A stretch of 62,700 nucleotides of DNA, counting the filler, from Sphacelaria rigidula (lineage: Eukaryota), in the NCBI GenBank assembly GCA_964200075.2. It is 7 parts of 7 records of this genome, joined end to end, with 100 filler letters (N's around TTAATTAATTAA, not from the genome) between each part and the next. Parts side by side here need not be neighbours in the genome. Positions count along the whole stretch, not along the records: positions 8,973 to 17,844 come from CAXNAA020009875.1; positions 17,945 to 26,816 come from CAXNAA020009876.1; 5 more parts are not named here. One strand, 5' to 3'. Both the position numbers and the translations under genes were made by a program. The notes under the pieces are model-generated. The model saw only the letters and a list, made by a program, of their open reading frames with translations, did no database searches and was not told the origin of the DNA. Position 1 is the first letter of the stretch; each line of letters begins with the position of its first letter. Positions 13,154 through 25,132 of this stretch are shown piece by piece.

Positions 13154-13644
13154 CTATTTGTGAGAGTTGAGGTCGTAGGTGGGGCTTCGTCATTCTTCGG
13201 AAAAACATTCAGGACTAATGAAAACGGCTGAAGAAGACGCCATGTCCTAGAGACTGACCGACTGTGCCAGTATGTGGGGGTCTGGATGGGGAGGGGAGCG
13301 GGTATGTTGTCCAGTCGGCGACATTATCGTACAATAGCGTCTACACTGAGACAACGGCTGCGTCCTTCAGGGATCACTCAATGTGTGATGACCAGTCAGT
13401 CAGTCAGTCAGTCAATCAGTCAGTCAATAAAAAAATAGATAAAATCAATACAATCAAATCAAGTCGAAACGAAACGAAACGAAACAGAACAAATCAAATG
13501 AAATCGAATCAAACCAAAGAGCAGGGAAACAGTCGAACACATCTCAGTTGTCGTTGGATGCCTTGGAAACAAGACAGTAAGAACAACACAAGTCTACCTC
13601 GGCCAACGAACAGCTGCCAAAAACATAACAGTAACAACGCTTGC

Positions 13645-14051
13645 CTCGCGAACGGTACTGAAGACAACAAGCTCTGGAGTACGGCATTCCGGTAGCAATC
13701 GTTCCCGGTATTCACGAGGCCCCGCGCGGGCAAGGGGTTCGTCGCCGTCGACTGCGGCACATCCAGCCCACCGATGCCCTCCCTCCTGCTGAGCATTCCC
13801 TGCAATCTCTGGAAGCTCTCCTGCTTCACCGGGTCGAGCACTTCCCCTGCGCCGCGAGCCGTCACAGTTCCTCCCTGTGCCACCCCCAACTGCTCACCAC
13901 CAGTTCCCGTAGCGGGAGGTTGCACCAATGTCCCATCACTGGCGGATTGCCCCTCAGGTGTGGTCAGCATCATCTGAGCGGCCACTCTCTTGGACTTGCG
14001 TCCCTGCCTCGCCATCTTCCTGGCACTGACAGTTTTTTCCCCCCTGGCCAC
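13645..14051 (-). CDS. USP Cys-box exon (5' boundary uncertain)
   Basis: RGLVNTGNDCYRNAVLQSLLSSVPF is a canonical USP Cys box (GLxNxGNxCYxNxxLQxL). Probable GC donor AG|GCAAG at 13644. Confidence 0.85.
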
Positions 14052-14844
14052 TTTTCGCTCTTGTCTCCGGGCCGCACGGACGGATAAGCCAGTTTATGGG
14101 AGGTCTTCTCCTCACCTCCCCCATCCCATGCCGACACCAGCAGCGTGCGGTTGCTGTTGCCCTCGCCCAGCCGTAGCTGTGCGTCCGCCTTGATCTGGCG
14201 CGCAACAGCGCGAGCTGCCTTGCCCCTCAAGATCGCCTGGAAGGTGATGATTCCCAGCCTTGGGTGAGACGCATTGTCACCATATGCACACGCGAGTAAC
14301 GGGGGCCAGGTCAGGATCGGGGGGGAGGGGGGGCAGGAACTGTAGACAAATGCTTGCATGGTTGACATGTGCGTCGCAGATTTCGGCGAAATTGAAAAAA
14401 ACCCGGTCGTGGAAACTGCGCCTCAGCTCCCTGCAAGGCCCTGTTCGACCATAGCCCGATCAAACCAGCTTGCACGTGTACATGAACTGCGGTAAGATGA
14501 TGCATTACGCCGTAAGGCTTCGGTATCTGTGCAGCTGTCAATGCCACGCCTAAATGATGAACGCGAGCGTGTGTGCCGGCGGTTCCATTGTCCGCTGCGC
14601 TTGGCATTACCCTCCAGCGTCATTTATCAACGGGCCGACTGACGCACGATCTCCGAACTTCAAGCCAACAGTCGTTGGTGATGGAGAATAAACTTCTGTG
14701 CGAAGGGATAATACCGGCACTGGACATATGTCACAAGGCCCAGGCTGTTGTGCCTCTCTGATATCGTATCAACGCCCACATCAAACTCACGCAAAACTCG
14801 CTTCAAGAACCCAAGCACGCTGAGAGGACACGAACAACTGACCT

Positions 14845-16460
14845 CGCCGCTGAACACCTCTTCCGCGCTGCCACGCCTCGGACCCACGCGGCCAGCTTCG
14901 TGGCCGATACCTCTCGGATACTCCCCAGCTCGTGCTCGACACCACCGCCACTGCTCGCCGATCCTGACCTGCGGTTGGAGTCCACAAGATCGAGCAGCGG
15001 GGGACAGGGGTCACGACGTAGATACTCGTAAAGCTCAATACATGGCAGGTCGCACGGAAGGAAGGCAACCCAAGATGAAGAGTCAGCAAAAGTAATGAAC
15101 AAACACGGAAGGAGCAAGCACACAAAGTAGAACTGGGGAAATAGAGAGGCAGAAAACAAGGTGGTCAGGTTGTATAGCACCGGTTCAGACATACACACCG
15201 ACAGGCCCCTATCAGGGCTTTTCGTGAGGATGTCGTACAAAACGGAAAACCGGGGGACCAGCTTCAGACTCAGCTATGTGGCAACCACACTATTTGGACA
15301 GGACCTCTACCCCGCCAGCTCTGCAGTACCAAGACGCAAGCATCAACACGGCCCAGACAAAGGAGAGAACAACCACGACTAATCTGGCAGCCGAACACCT
15401 CTCCCGCGTTGCCACGCCTCGGACCCACGCGGCCAGCTTCGTGGCCGATGCCTCTCGGATACTCCCCAGCTCGTGCTCGACACCACCGCCACTGCCTGCC
15501 GATCCTGACCTGCCGTTGGAGGCCACAAGATCGAGCAGCGGGGGACAGGGGTCACGATGTGGATACTCGTGAAGATAAATACATGGCAAGTCGCACGGAA
15601 GGTAGGAAACCCCAACATGAAGAGTCAGCAAAAGTAATGAACAAACACGGAAGGAGCAAGCACACAAAGTAGAACTCGGGAAAAACGGAAGCAGAAAACA
15701 AGATGATCAGGTTAAAATCTTGTAGAGCGTCAGTTCAGACATACACACCGACAGGCCCCTATCAGGGCTTTTCGTGAAGATGTCGTACAAGAAGGAGGAC
15801 CAAGAGACCAGCTTCAGACCCAGCTATGTGGCAACCACACTATTTGGACAGGATCTCTACCCCGCCAGCTCTGCAGTGCCAAGACGCAAGCATCAACACG
15901 GCCCAGACAAAGAAGAGAACAACCACGACTAATCTGGCAGCCGAACACCTCTCCCGCGCTGCCACGCCTCGGACCCACGCGGCCAGCTTCGTGGCCGATG
16001 CCTCTCGGATACTCCCCAGCTCGTGCTCGACACCACCGCCACTGCCTGCCGATCCTGACCTGCCGTTGAAGGTCACAAGATCGAGCAGCGGGGGACAGGG
16101 GTCACGACGTGGATACTCGTGAAGATCAACACATGACAGGCCGCACGGAAGGTAGGAAACCCCAACATGTAGAGTCAGCAAAAGTGATGAACAAGCACGG
16201 AAGGAGCAAGCAGACAAAGCAAAACTCGGGAAAAACAGAAGCAGAAAACAAGATGGTCAGGTTGAGATTTTGTTGAGCGTCGGTTCAGACATACACACCG
16301 ACGGGCCCCTATCAGGGCTTTTCGTGAAGATGTCATACAAGAAGGAGGACCAAGAGACCAGCTTCAGACCCAGCTATGTGGCAACCACACTATTTGGGCA
16401 GGACCTCTACCCCGCCAGCTCTGCAGTACCAAGACGCAAGCATCAACACGGCCCAGACAA
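14845..16460. repeat. Tandem array, about 3 copies of a ~550-bp unit
   Basis: Near-identical segments recur, e.g. cagacatacacaccgac at about 15187, 15737 and 16286, and gccacgcctcggacccacgcggcc at about 14870, 15411 and 15961. Confidence 0.95.
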
Positions 16461-18149
16461 AGAAGAGAAAAATCACGACAAGAAGACGGAACTGAAAGCA
16501 CGAAATAGAAGATCGGGGGAGGTACAACCGAAAGGGGAGAGGAACGGACTGTAGTCCAGTTGACCACCAACGTTGAAATAGCTATCGCGCATGCGTGTAG
16601 TCCACGAGCAAGTCACGCTCGGCTCGTACGGTATTGGAGTTTGGATGCCAGCTGGCTTTCGGCCATGGTTGATGGTTTCGATCGGTCATCGCTCCAGTTC
16701 AGTCAAGTTTCGTGTGATGTGTGTTGCCGGCTTCGTTGCGCTGCTTTGTGCCGTTTGAGGCACGGATACGGTTACGCATGCGACTCCGGGGGGTCTCAGC
16801 CTCCGAAAAGTGTGCAAGCTGTTCGACGACGTCATTCTGACCATAGACAACTTGTATCGGCTTCCGTTTTTCCGAATCGGGAACACTTGATTCCAGACTA
16901 CATTTTTTCATGGCTAGATTGTGCGTTGAGGGGACGCCCTCCGTAATCGGAGGTTGTAGACACCTCCAAATCGCGGATAGAGAGGGGGGTACGACATTTT
17001 CTTTCAAGTTCTTTCACAGAGTACCCCCAACACCTGCAAAATGCCGTCATTTCCCGGTTTATTTTTCTGAGCGCGGAACGTGCTGTGAACAGGAAGTCGT
17101 ACGCCCCCCAATTCGGATGTGAAGAACACCACGCAAATCACTTCGCACGTTCCGCAGACGTCGCCGAGGAGCACTGAGGGGCGAGAGTCGGCTCCTCGCA
17201 CGAGATTTGCGCCCAAACCGCCCGTCCTCGATACAACCAAATAAAAAGGAGTCACAGACGGACAGGGGGCTAGGGGAAATGTCGGGCGAGAGGCCTCAGT
17301 TCGAGTGACCCTGTCTCGCTACGTGCGTGTGACGATATGTGATGCGCTCCGAGAACTCGTCGTGAAAGAGGTGAAAAAGACGCTGTACTTCATATGTTCA
17401 GCCGCACACGTCACCCAAGCTGTACAGTACACCTACACACGACACCATCGTGACTGTATCCTGCTCTCATTTCTGTCTCTTGTGCTGAATTTGTCGGGAC
17501 CGCCGTGCTCGCCACCCCGTCTGTACAGCGTCCGTCCATCGCAACAAAACCTCCGCTCGTTCAATGTGATATCATAGAAAGTCGCCCCCCACGTGGACCA
17601 GACGTTGCCATTATCATCGATTTCGTTTGATAAATGAATGCAAGTCCGAGATGCCCCACTCTGCCGATCGAATGCTCAATTGATTTTATTACCTGCATGG
17701 AGTATTCACCCTCTGCAAACTTTTCATGTATTGTGATTCTGGGTGACACACATGAGGGAGGGAACGGGGGGGGGGGGGGCGGTGCTCTTTGTTGCTTTTT
17801 TTTGTTGGCGCGGGCGACCCCCCCCCTGCACTCCCCCCCCTGCANNNNNNNNNNNNNNNNNNNNNNNNNNNNNNNNNNNNNNNNNNNNTTAATTAATTAA
17901 NNNNNNNNNNNNNNNNNNNNNNNNNNNNNNNNNNNNNNNNNNNNCTTTGTTCACACTTTCAACCCTACCTCTTGTTCTTCAGGAGTCCGTGATTTTAAGG
18001 GATCACCCTCCCCCCCCCCCCCGGTGTTCGTCTTGTATTTTGGTGCCGCGGAATGGATCAGCACTTCTGCATCATGTCGACTTCTCATCAAGTAAACCTT
18101 GTCTGCCACTCGCGTTCCCACGTTTTCAACGGCGGGAATCAGATGCCTT

Positions 18150-18354
18150 CAAGGGCAGGTCGAGTGGAGTACACTCCATTGCGGGGTATTTTGAAAGACG
18201 TACCTAGGGTACTCAAACTAGGGTAGAGTGTTGAAAGTCGTCCCAAAAAAATAGCTGGAAAGCGATTCCTGGAACTCCACCCCCGATTTGAATACTTCAA
18301 GTACGACTTTCAAAATACCCTGCAACTGAGTATACTTTACTCGACCGATCCTTG
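18150..18354. mobile_element. hAT-type MITE
   Basis: Imperfect TIRs of about 55 bp (CAAGG...CCTTG) and a perfect 8-bp TSD gatgcctt (18142-18149, 18355-18362). Inserted in a SINE family 2 copy (about 17985-18470). Confidence 0.88.
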
Positions 18355-18938
18355 GATGCCTTACTTCCCGGGAAAAAAACAAAATCATCTTCCGGGATCA
18401 AAACCCTCAATCTTTCGCCCAAACTGTTTTCCCTTGTATCATTTTTGGTTGGACCACCGAGCGCGGCGACAATGTGCATGTACATTTGAATGTCGCTACT
18501 GTGGCGTTGTAGGCACCGGCTGTGGCTCTCTCTCTGTGGTTCTGGCACGTCTCGAGCCGTTGGATGACTTCTGTGCTTCTGGCATCCTACTGTATGGGTT
18601 GTACAGTAAATGCAGCATGTGTCAGTCACGACACCACCAGCGCCAAATCAGGCAGGCACAAGTCATACAAACAGCCACGCGCGGTCATTGCTGCGGTTGT
18701 AATGCACTGGTCCACCTAAGATAAAAATTGTACTCTTGGGCTCAGACTACAGGTACTCGCTCGTCTGGGTGCTGGGTCTTGTTTGGAAGACTAGTTGTTG
18801 GGATTCTCAGGAAACGGTGGTGGTGGTCCGCCGAGTGATGAGGCACAAATGTTCGATGTTTATTCTGGCAGCTGTTTAGAGTGACGGCATGCTCGTGCAC
18901 TATAGCATCCTATTCAATACTGGGGTTACTGTGCTGTA

Positions 18939-19300
18939 CGGTCGCCGCGGTGGCTCACTTGGTAACCTCGAAACATTGTGACGTTTGGGTCGTGCGCTCG
19001 AATCTCGGTGCAGTCACACGATCTAGGATTTTTTTCACACCATGCCCGAAAGTGGGGAGCGACTATGTCGTGGGTACACAAAAAAGCCGACCTCACGGTC
19101 GGCGAGGGATTGGGACAGCTGAACCCTTCTTGCGATCAAAGTAAGACAAACACTGTAGAAGGAAGGTGGGGTACCAAAACAAAGTAAAAAATACGCAATT
19201 TCTGTGCTGGCGTTCCTCCTATGTGACCCCGCCTGATGCGCCCACACACACCGAAAGGTGTAGACTAGCGTCCAGAATAGATGGGATGGCAATACACACA
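18939..19300 (+). mobile_element. tRNA-derived SINE family 1
   Basis: Head ggtggctcacttggtaac (A-box-like) and gctcgaatctc (B-box-like), CA-repeat tail. Colinear with 58866-59218. Confidence 0.8.
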
Positions 19301-19569
19301 CTAGTACCAACACAGTGACCATAGAGTGACGTTATACTTACGCGAACCTCAATCGATATTACGACAGATTCCACTGCATACGCCATTTTTGTTCGAAGCC
19401 CACACACTTGATCTCCCAATCCTTTGGGGCACGCTATTGTTGGAATCTGTCCGAATACGAACGAAAAGAGAACTTGAGGGTTTCCCCGTACTGTTCGCCT
19501 GTACCAATCAAGCCCCATAAATGCAAATATCATTCCGTTGCTCGGGACCTTATTCCTCTCGGCCAGAAA

Positions 19570-21750
19570 TGTGAAATCACTTCTTCTTGACCAGAGTATC
19601 TAAACCTTCATCTCGTGCGTCGATGCCGTCTCTCGTCCGTAGCTCTGTTCCGTCCTTGACCTGTTCGATATCTCGACTGTCCTACGCTTCATCGCTAGCT
19701 TTTGAACGTCACAGCATTTCTTACATCCAAAACAAGTGCCCATATATTTTTCAATCGCGACCATTCTACAATCGTATCCATATGCAGTTGGTCCGCCTCT
19801 TCGCTGTAGTGGCGGGTGATCTCTGGGGTGTAGTGTTTGGGAAACCTCTCTTGTCAACGTCGTCGATGTGCGTGTACTTGGGTAGGTCACGAAACATTGC
19901 GGCCCTGTAGTTGCACAGCAGTAGCAGTACAGTCCCGTCACCTACTGGCGAAACATTTTGCGAACAAAGTGTTGGCGCATCGCCTTACAGCCACATTTGG
20001 CTTTCAGCATAATATGCAGCAGCGGCGTGTGTTGGGGTCACACAGTACATAGCAAACGCCATATCTGTGGTCACAGTGTCGATTGCTATTGCCATATGTT
20101 GTCCATACAGAACGGTATGGCCTGAGTGGACCGGCGCATGTTTCTCATCGATGAGCATGTATACCTACCAGCATGCCCGCTGCTTAAGTGCCGCTCCAAA
20201 TTGAGCACAGACCACGGCCAACGGCAACAACGAAATCTTGCGTGCACCAATCGTACGGCCGTTACAAAAAGATATGGCCGTTACGCGCCTTTTTGGTAGG
20301 CTACTGGGATGTATAGTGGACCGGCGCATGTTTCTCATCGATGAGCATGTATACCTACCAGCATGCCCGCTGCTTAAGTGCCGCTCCAAATTGAGCACAG
20401 ACCACGGCCAAAGGCAACAACGAAACCTTGCGTGCACCAATCGTACGGCCGTTACAAAAAGATATGGCCGTTACGCGCCTTTTTGGTAGGCTACTGGGAT
20501 GTATTCGTCTGTCAGTCGGTTTCTGCGTGCTTGCCTAGCCCTCTCTCGGGCTGGTATGCCTGTTGCTTCGCGTGTGCTGCGTGATTGTGTAGGGACTGAG
20601 CTGCTCCTTGGAGGGCACGAGTTGAGGCCAGTGTTTTGGCCGCTGAGCTCTGTACTAGAGTCCAATGAGTCATCCCAAGAGCGCGTTGGACCAGCAACCA
20701 GTGTGATCCAAACCATGTATTTTGTATTCAAGGTACGGTTGCATCAACGTTTTGGTAGACTCTCCCTCCCTTATTTTTCTTCCATTGGCATTCCTTTTTG
20801 GTCGTTCAAGCTTGGTCGGTATGCTATTTGCCCATGCGATGGGTCACCCCCCGCCATAAAAAAAACTAGTATACCGCACCTGCCCGTACCCTCTTTTGAG
20901 CAATGGTTAACAGAGGGTCAATAAAGCGTCATCAGCGTCGTTCCCTACACTTGAAGTTTCACACCGCTGGCCTCCACTTGTTTGTGTGTGCTGTGCCGTA
21001 TACTACTTTGGGCACCTAATGCCAATGCCCACGTATTTTTTTGACGAGCCCTACTGTACGTGTGCCGCGTCCCCGTCGCTACTGCTGCCCCGCGCCTACA
21101 CAGGACCGTGGTATTTACATCCCTAAGCGGCGAACAAAGCGTCGAGAGGTACTGTTGCTCTGGGGAGGACAAGGAAGCGGTCTTGAGGTGTGTACTGTGT
21201 CACAATACTGCGGGGGTATTTGGCCGCTGCACCTGCTTCTTTGCCGTGGCTTGGAAATATCTCTTCGTACATGTGGTACAAGGAGCGTCGAATTACTTTA
21301 TTTAAGAGTAAGCCGGTTGAAATGGAATCCCACGTGGATCCTGCTCGGCACCCCTGAAACTTGAAGCAGCGTGTAGGCACTACACTTTGATTCAATTATC
21401 GCGCGAGTTTGTTAATGTCATCAAGTGATTCATATTAAGCCCAAACGTTTGAAAACTTTGGACGCTTAGGGGGTTGGGGGCACACAAGCTGCTCATGCAC
21501 TAGCTTCGTATAGCAAGCTAGGTGTCGTACACGTCGAACGTTGGGATCACTAAAACTGAAGCTGAGTGAGATGATGTGAGAGGGCCGGCACTGTAGAGCT
21601 CGAGTGGGTTTGTGATTGCTATTAAGTCAGAGAGATATAATGGCTGACAAGATGAATGGCCATTCCGTATGGATTCTCTTACTAAGTAGTCCTCAGTGTG
21701 GGAATCGACTTCGGAACGGTTTCTCATGCTCTTTCAGATGATTCTGACCA
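19570..21750 (-). pseudogene. Unidentified degenerate coding relic (possibly transposon-derived)
   Basis: Protein-like stretches interrupted by stops and frameshifts, e.g. HCSKEGTGRCGILVFFMAGGDPSHGQIAYRPSLN and FRDLPKYTHIDDVDK/FPKHYTPEITRHYSEEADQLHMDTIVEWSRLKNIW. No family recognised. Confidence 0.3.
20125..20504. repeat. 190-bp tandem duplication
   Basis: agtggaccggcgcatg...gggatgtat occurs at 20125 and 20315 with very few mismatches. Confidence 0.95.
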
Positions 21751-22444
21751 ACCCCTGGAACACATCGGCTGTTTAACCGAAGCCATTGCATGTTTCGTCG
21801 AACAATGTGGACCATATAGAGAGCAACGGTGATGAGAAACCACGATAGGCCTAAACACCAAAGACGTCAAGTGTGGTAAAGCGAGTACTTTGTATGATAC
21901 ACAGCCCAGCACACAATAATGTGCTCCCATCATCAGCCGCCTCGTACAGAGGTTGGGGGCATGATAAAACCCAAGCTTCAACCACCATGAACCAATTACA
22001 AAAGTATGAGCGTGTATGTTTACTTTGCTGCAAGGGCGAATGCGAGCATGATGAATCAAAACACACACTACCACCCAACACAAAGTCATCATCATCGAGT
22101 CGAGAGCCTGTTGTGAGCTATACAGGCTGGGCCGCCTAAGAAGCTCACTTTCCTTCAGCCCGTTTTAAGTGATGATGTATCGCGAGTTGTGCCTACTATG
22201 ACACGTCGTGGTAATCGGCAAATCAGCGCGCCTCTTCAAATCCATGTAGCACTGCGATCCGACGAGGTCTCATCAAACGAAATACCAAACTGTAGTCAGG
22301 TGCAAAAGTGTAGAGAATTGAGGGTGCTATGTGCGGCGGAACTAGCCAAAAGAAAACAGCTGAGATTGGATTTCCGGTTACAGTCAGTTGTGTACCGCGT
22401 GGTGCCGCACAAGCTATAATACAATTCCCGAGCTCAATACTTGG

Positions 22445-22980
22445 TCGTTTCCGATGAAATTTTGACGTGATGTACAGGACGTATGTGCAAAAACCCCTTC
22501 GTTCCTCCCGTGTGTTTTTTTTTTCTCCGTGAGATATTTGGCTCGGAACATTTCAGAACACTTTTTCGGAACAAAAATGCCAATAACTCACACGAAAAAC
22601 AAAAAAACATATGAGGAAAGGTTCGGTATTCGCACATACGTCCTGTACATTGTGTCAAGGTTTCATCGAAAACGGCTTGAAATTGAACAGCATGAATGCG
22701 TTTGAATTATTCGAAACTGGTCCACCTCCATATAGTAAAGTAACCGGTTGTCGACGGAATGATGCATATTCTTCGCTCAATTTTGGATCGTTTTCGATGA
22801 AATGTTGACACGATGTACAGGACGTATGTGCAAATACAAAACCTTCCATCCTCATTTTTTTTTTTCTTTCCTCCGTGACTTACTGGCGACGGAACATTTC
22901 AGAACATTTTTTCGGAACAAAATTGGGGATGAAAGGTTTTGTATTCGAAAACTATCCAAAATTGAGCGAAGAATATGCGT
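22445..22980. mobile_element. Inverted-repeat (MITE-like) unit plus a partial direct copy
   Basis: gatgtacaggacgtatgtgcaaa at about 22469 and 22812, with the inverted gcacatacgtcctgtacat at about 22632. Confidence 0.6.
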
Positions 22981-25101
22981 TTTTCAACATTCCTGGTGGC
23001 TTCTTGGGCGGCCCAGCTCGTATTGTACTTTCACAAAACACAAGAGCGTCTTTATTCAATGCATCCCGGATACACAACCATCGGCTGTCGGTCAGAAGAA
23101 GAGCAGTGTGCATGTAAGCTGTACTGTAAGGTCATCAATCATAGGCATTACAGTTGTCAATCACAAAAGGAAGGATCGTCCACATGGGTTGCACTGTAAG
23201 AGACAACGCAAGGCCGGTATAGCCCAAGCATCCATGGAGTAATCACTTGTATGGCCGTGTCTTGTGAGGACGGTATAGCTACAATCAAACGCGTTTGGGA
23301 TAGCTCGGCACATCATAATCTACCTGCGAGCTTAGCCCAGCGAACGGCATCCCTTAGTCTCAAGTGAGCGAATATGTGGAGCAGCAGTAAGCGTGAACCT
23401 GGTGATTGCCCGAGAGAACACTTGCATGAACAACGTGCCATGCGATCGACATGAAGTGAAGGAGACAAGAAACGGAAGCAAATACAGTCGGTTTTCGCCA
23501 ACAAATCTCAAGTTCATTCGTTTTACATGATATCGCTCGCATTTGCTCGCCGCAGACGTCGCAAGTGCGCGAGATTGTGCACAACGCGCCACAGCCGACG
23601 AGGTCTTGTACCGGTGTGCTGTAGCGACCTGGCTCTCTTGCTGTGTGCATAGGTCGAGCAGAAGCCGCATCCGGCTGTAGCTGAGCAACATTACCTGGTG
23701 TATCGGGGTATACATGCAACGATTGCAAGGTGCCACTTTTTCAGGCAGCAGGAACAGTACCCGTCCCGTCTTGTCTAGTGCGGTCATTTTTCGGGAGTCA
23801 GGAAGAGTACCTATCCCGTCCCGACCCCGTTTTCGGTTCTCCTCATACCGTCCTGTCCTCACGGAACGTCTGTGACTGTTTCTCGTTGTCCTTCATGGTA
23901 TGTCCTGCGAACGGGGTAGAATTCCCGTCACATGTCACAGGACATAATCTGGCCTTAACCTCGAGCATCACACACACCGCATGTAAGGCAGATTATTTTA
24001 GTACTGAAATCACCGTGCTCTTCGCCATCAGCCCACCGTGACGTGAATAAACGTGTGTACGACCTCTGAGTGAAATATGTCGGGGGCACGAAGAACTTGT
24101 CACCCGGGGATATTCTTTTTCGGGGTGTGCTATGTAACGTGTTCAAATGTAGATAGCGAACGTGGTACCAAAGTAGCCAAAAAGGGATGACCCCGGCGTA
24201 TTCTTCACGATGGGAGGGGGGTTGGTACTACGCATCAGTGACCTTCACCGCGTCGTTGATTACAGTGGTTACTTGCACCGTCGCGATCATCACACACGTG
24301 GGGTGGTGGTTGATGGCTCTCGTTGTGCCTGCATAGTATGCCGTGTTGAGTGTCGGCTTCATCCGTCCTTGGGAGGGCGCTTCTGTGCCGCTGGTTGCTC
24401 GAGTTATCGTTGCCTTAAGCGGTTGTTGCCGTTTGTTTTATGTGAACCGCTGATCATTGCTTTCTTACTGTGTCGACGAGCCGGCGCTACAAAGTCCTGG
24501 TCTCAATGGATCTTGTATCGGTGTGTTCACGTACATATTTCCCTGAGATCAGGACGAGACGAGACCTCGTCGGACGGGGTTCGTAATTTCGGCGAGAACA
24601 GGGCCGGGCGGGATGCGATCCCATGAGACTAAGCTCGGTTGTCCCGTGAGAACGGGACGGGATAGCTTATCCGTCACGTCCCGACTTTCCCGTGCCGTCG
24701 TCTGCTCAGGTAAAAAAGAGAAGTACCTGTGCCGCCCCTCCTCTTTTGTTTTTCAGGTAACAGGAAACGCCCGTCCCGTCGCGTCAAAACGGAACCATTA
24801 GCCATCCCACCCCACCATCTTTTCGGGCACGAGGAAGATTACGCTTCTCCTTCCCGCCAAAATCTTAGGCAAAGGGAAATGTGCCCGTCCCGTCCAGTCC
24901 CGCCCTTTCTTCAGACGGCGGGAAAATCACCCGTCCACTTTTAAAATGAGCCCGGTTTGTCGTGAAGTACTGGTAACTCGCAATGATGTTGAGCTGGTGG
25001 CTGGCCCAAGTCTTCAAGGCCAAGCCACACATAGCCCCCAAAAAGTGTGGGATGGGTAAATTATTATCCGTCAAGCGTGTACATCTCGAATCTTTACTGT
25101 T

Positions 25102-25132
<31 letters not shown>

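Noticed and set aside
14845..16460. CRISPR-like or cassette array
   Set aside because: Whole ~550-bp units are repeated, with no short repeat plus unique spacer pattern and no cas-like genes.
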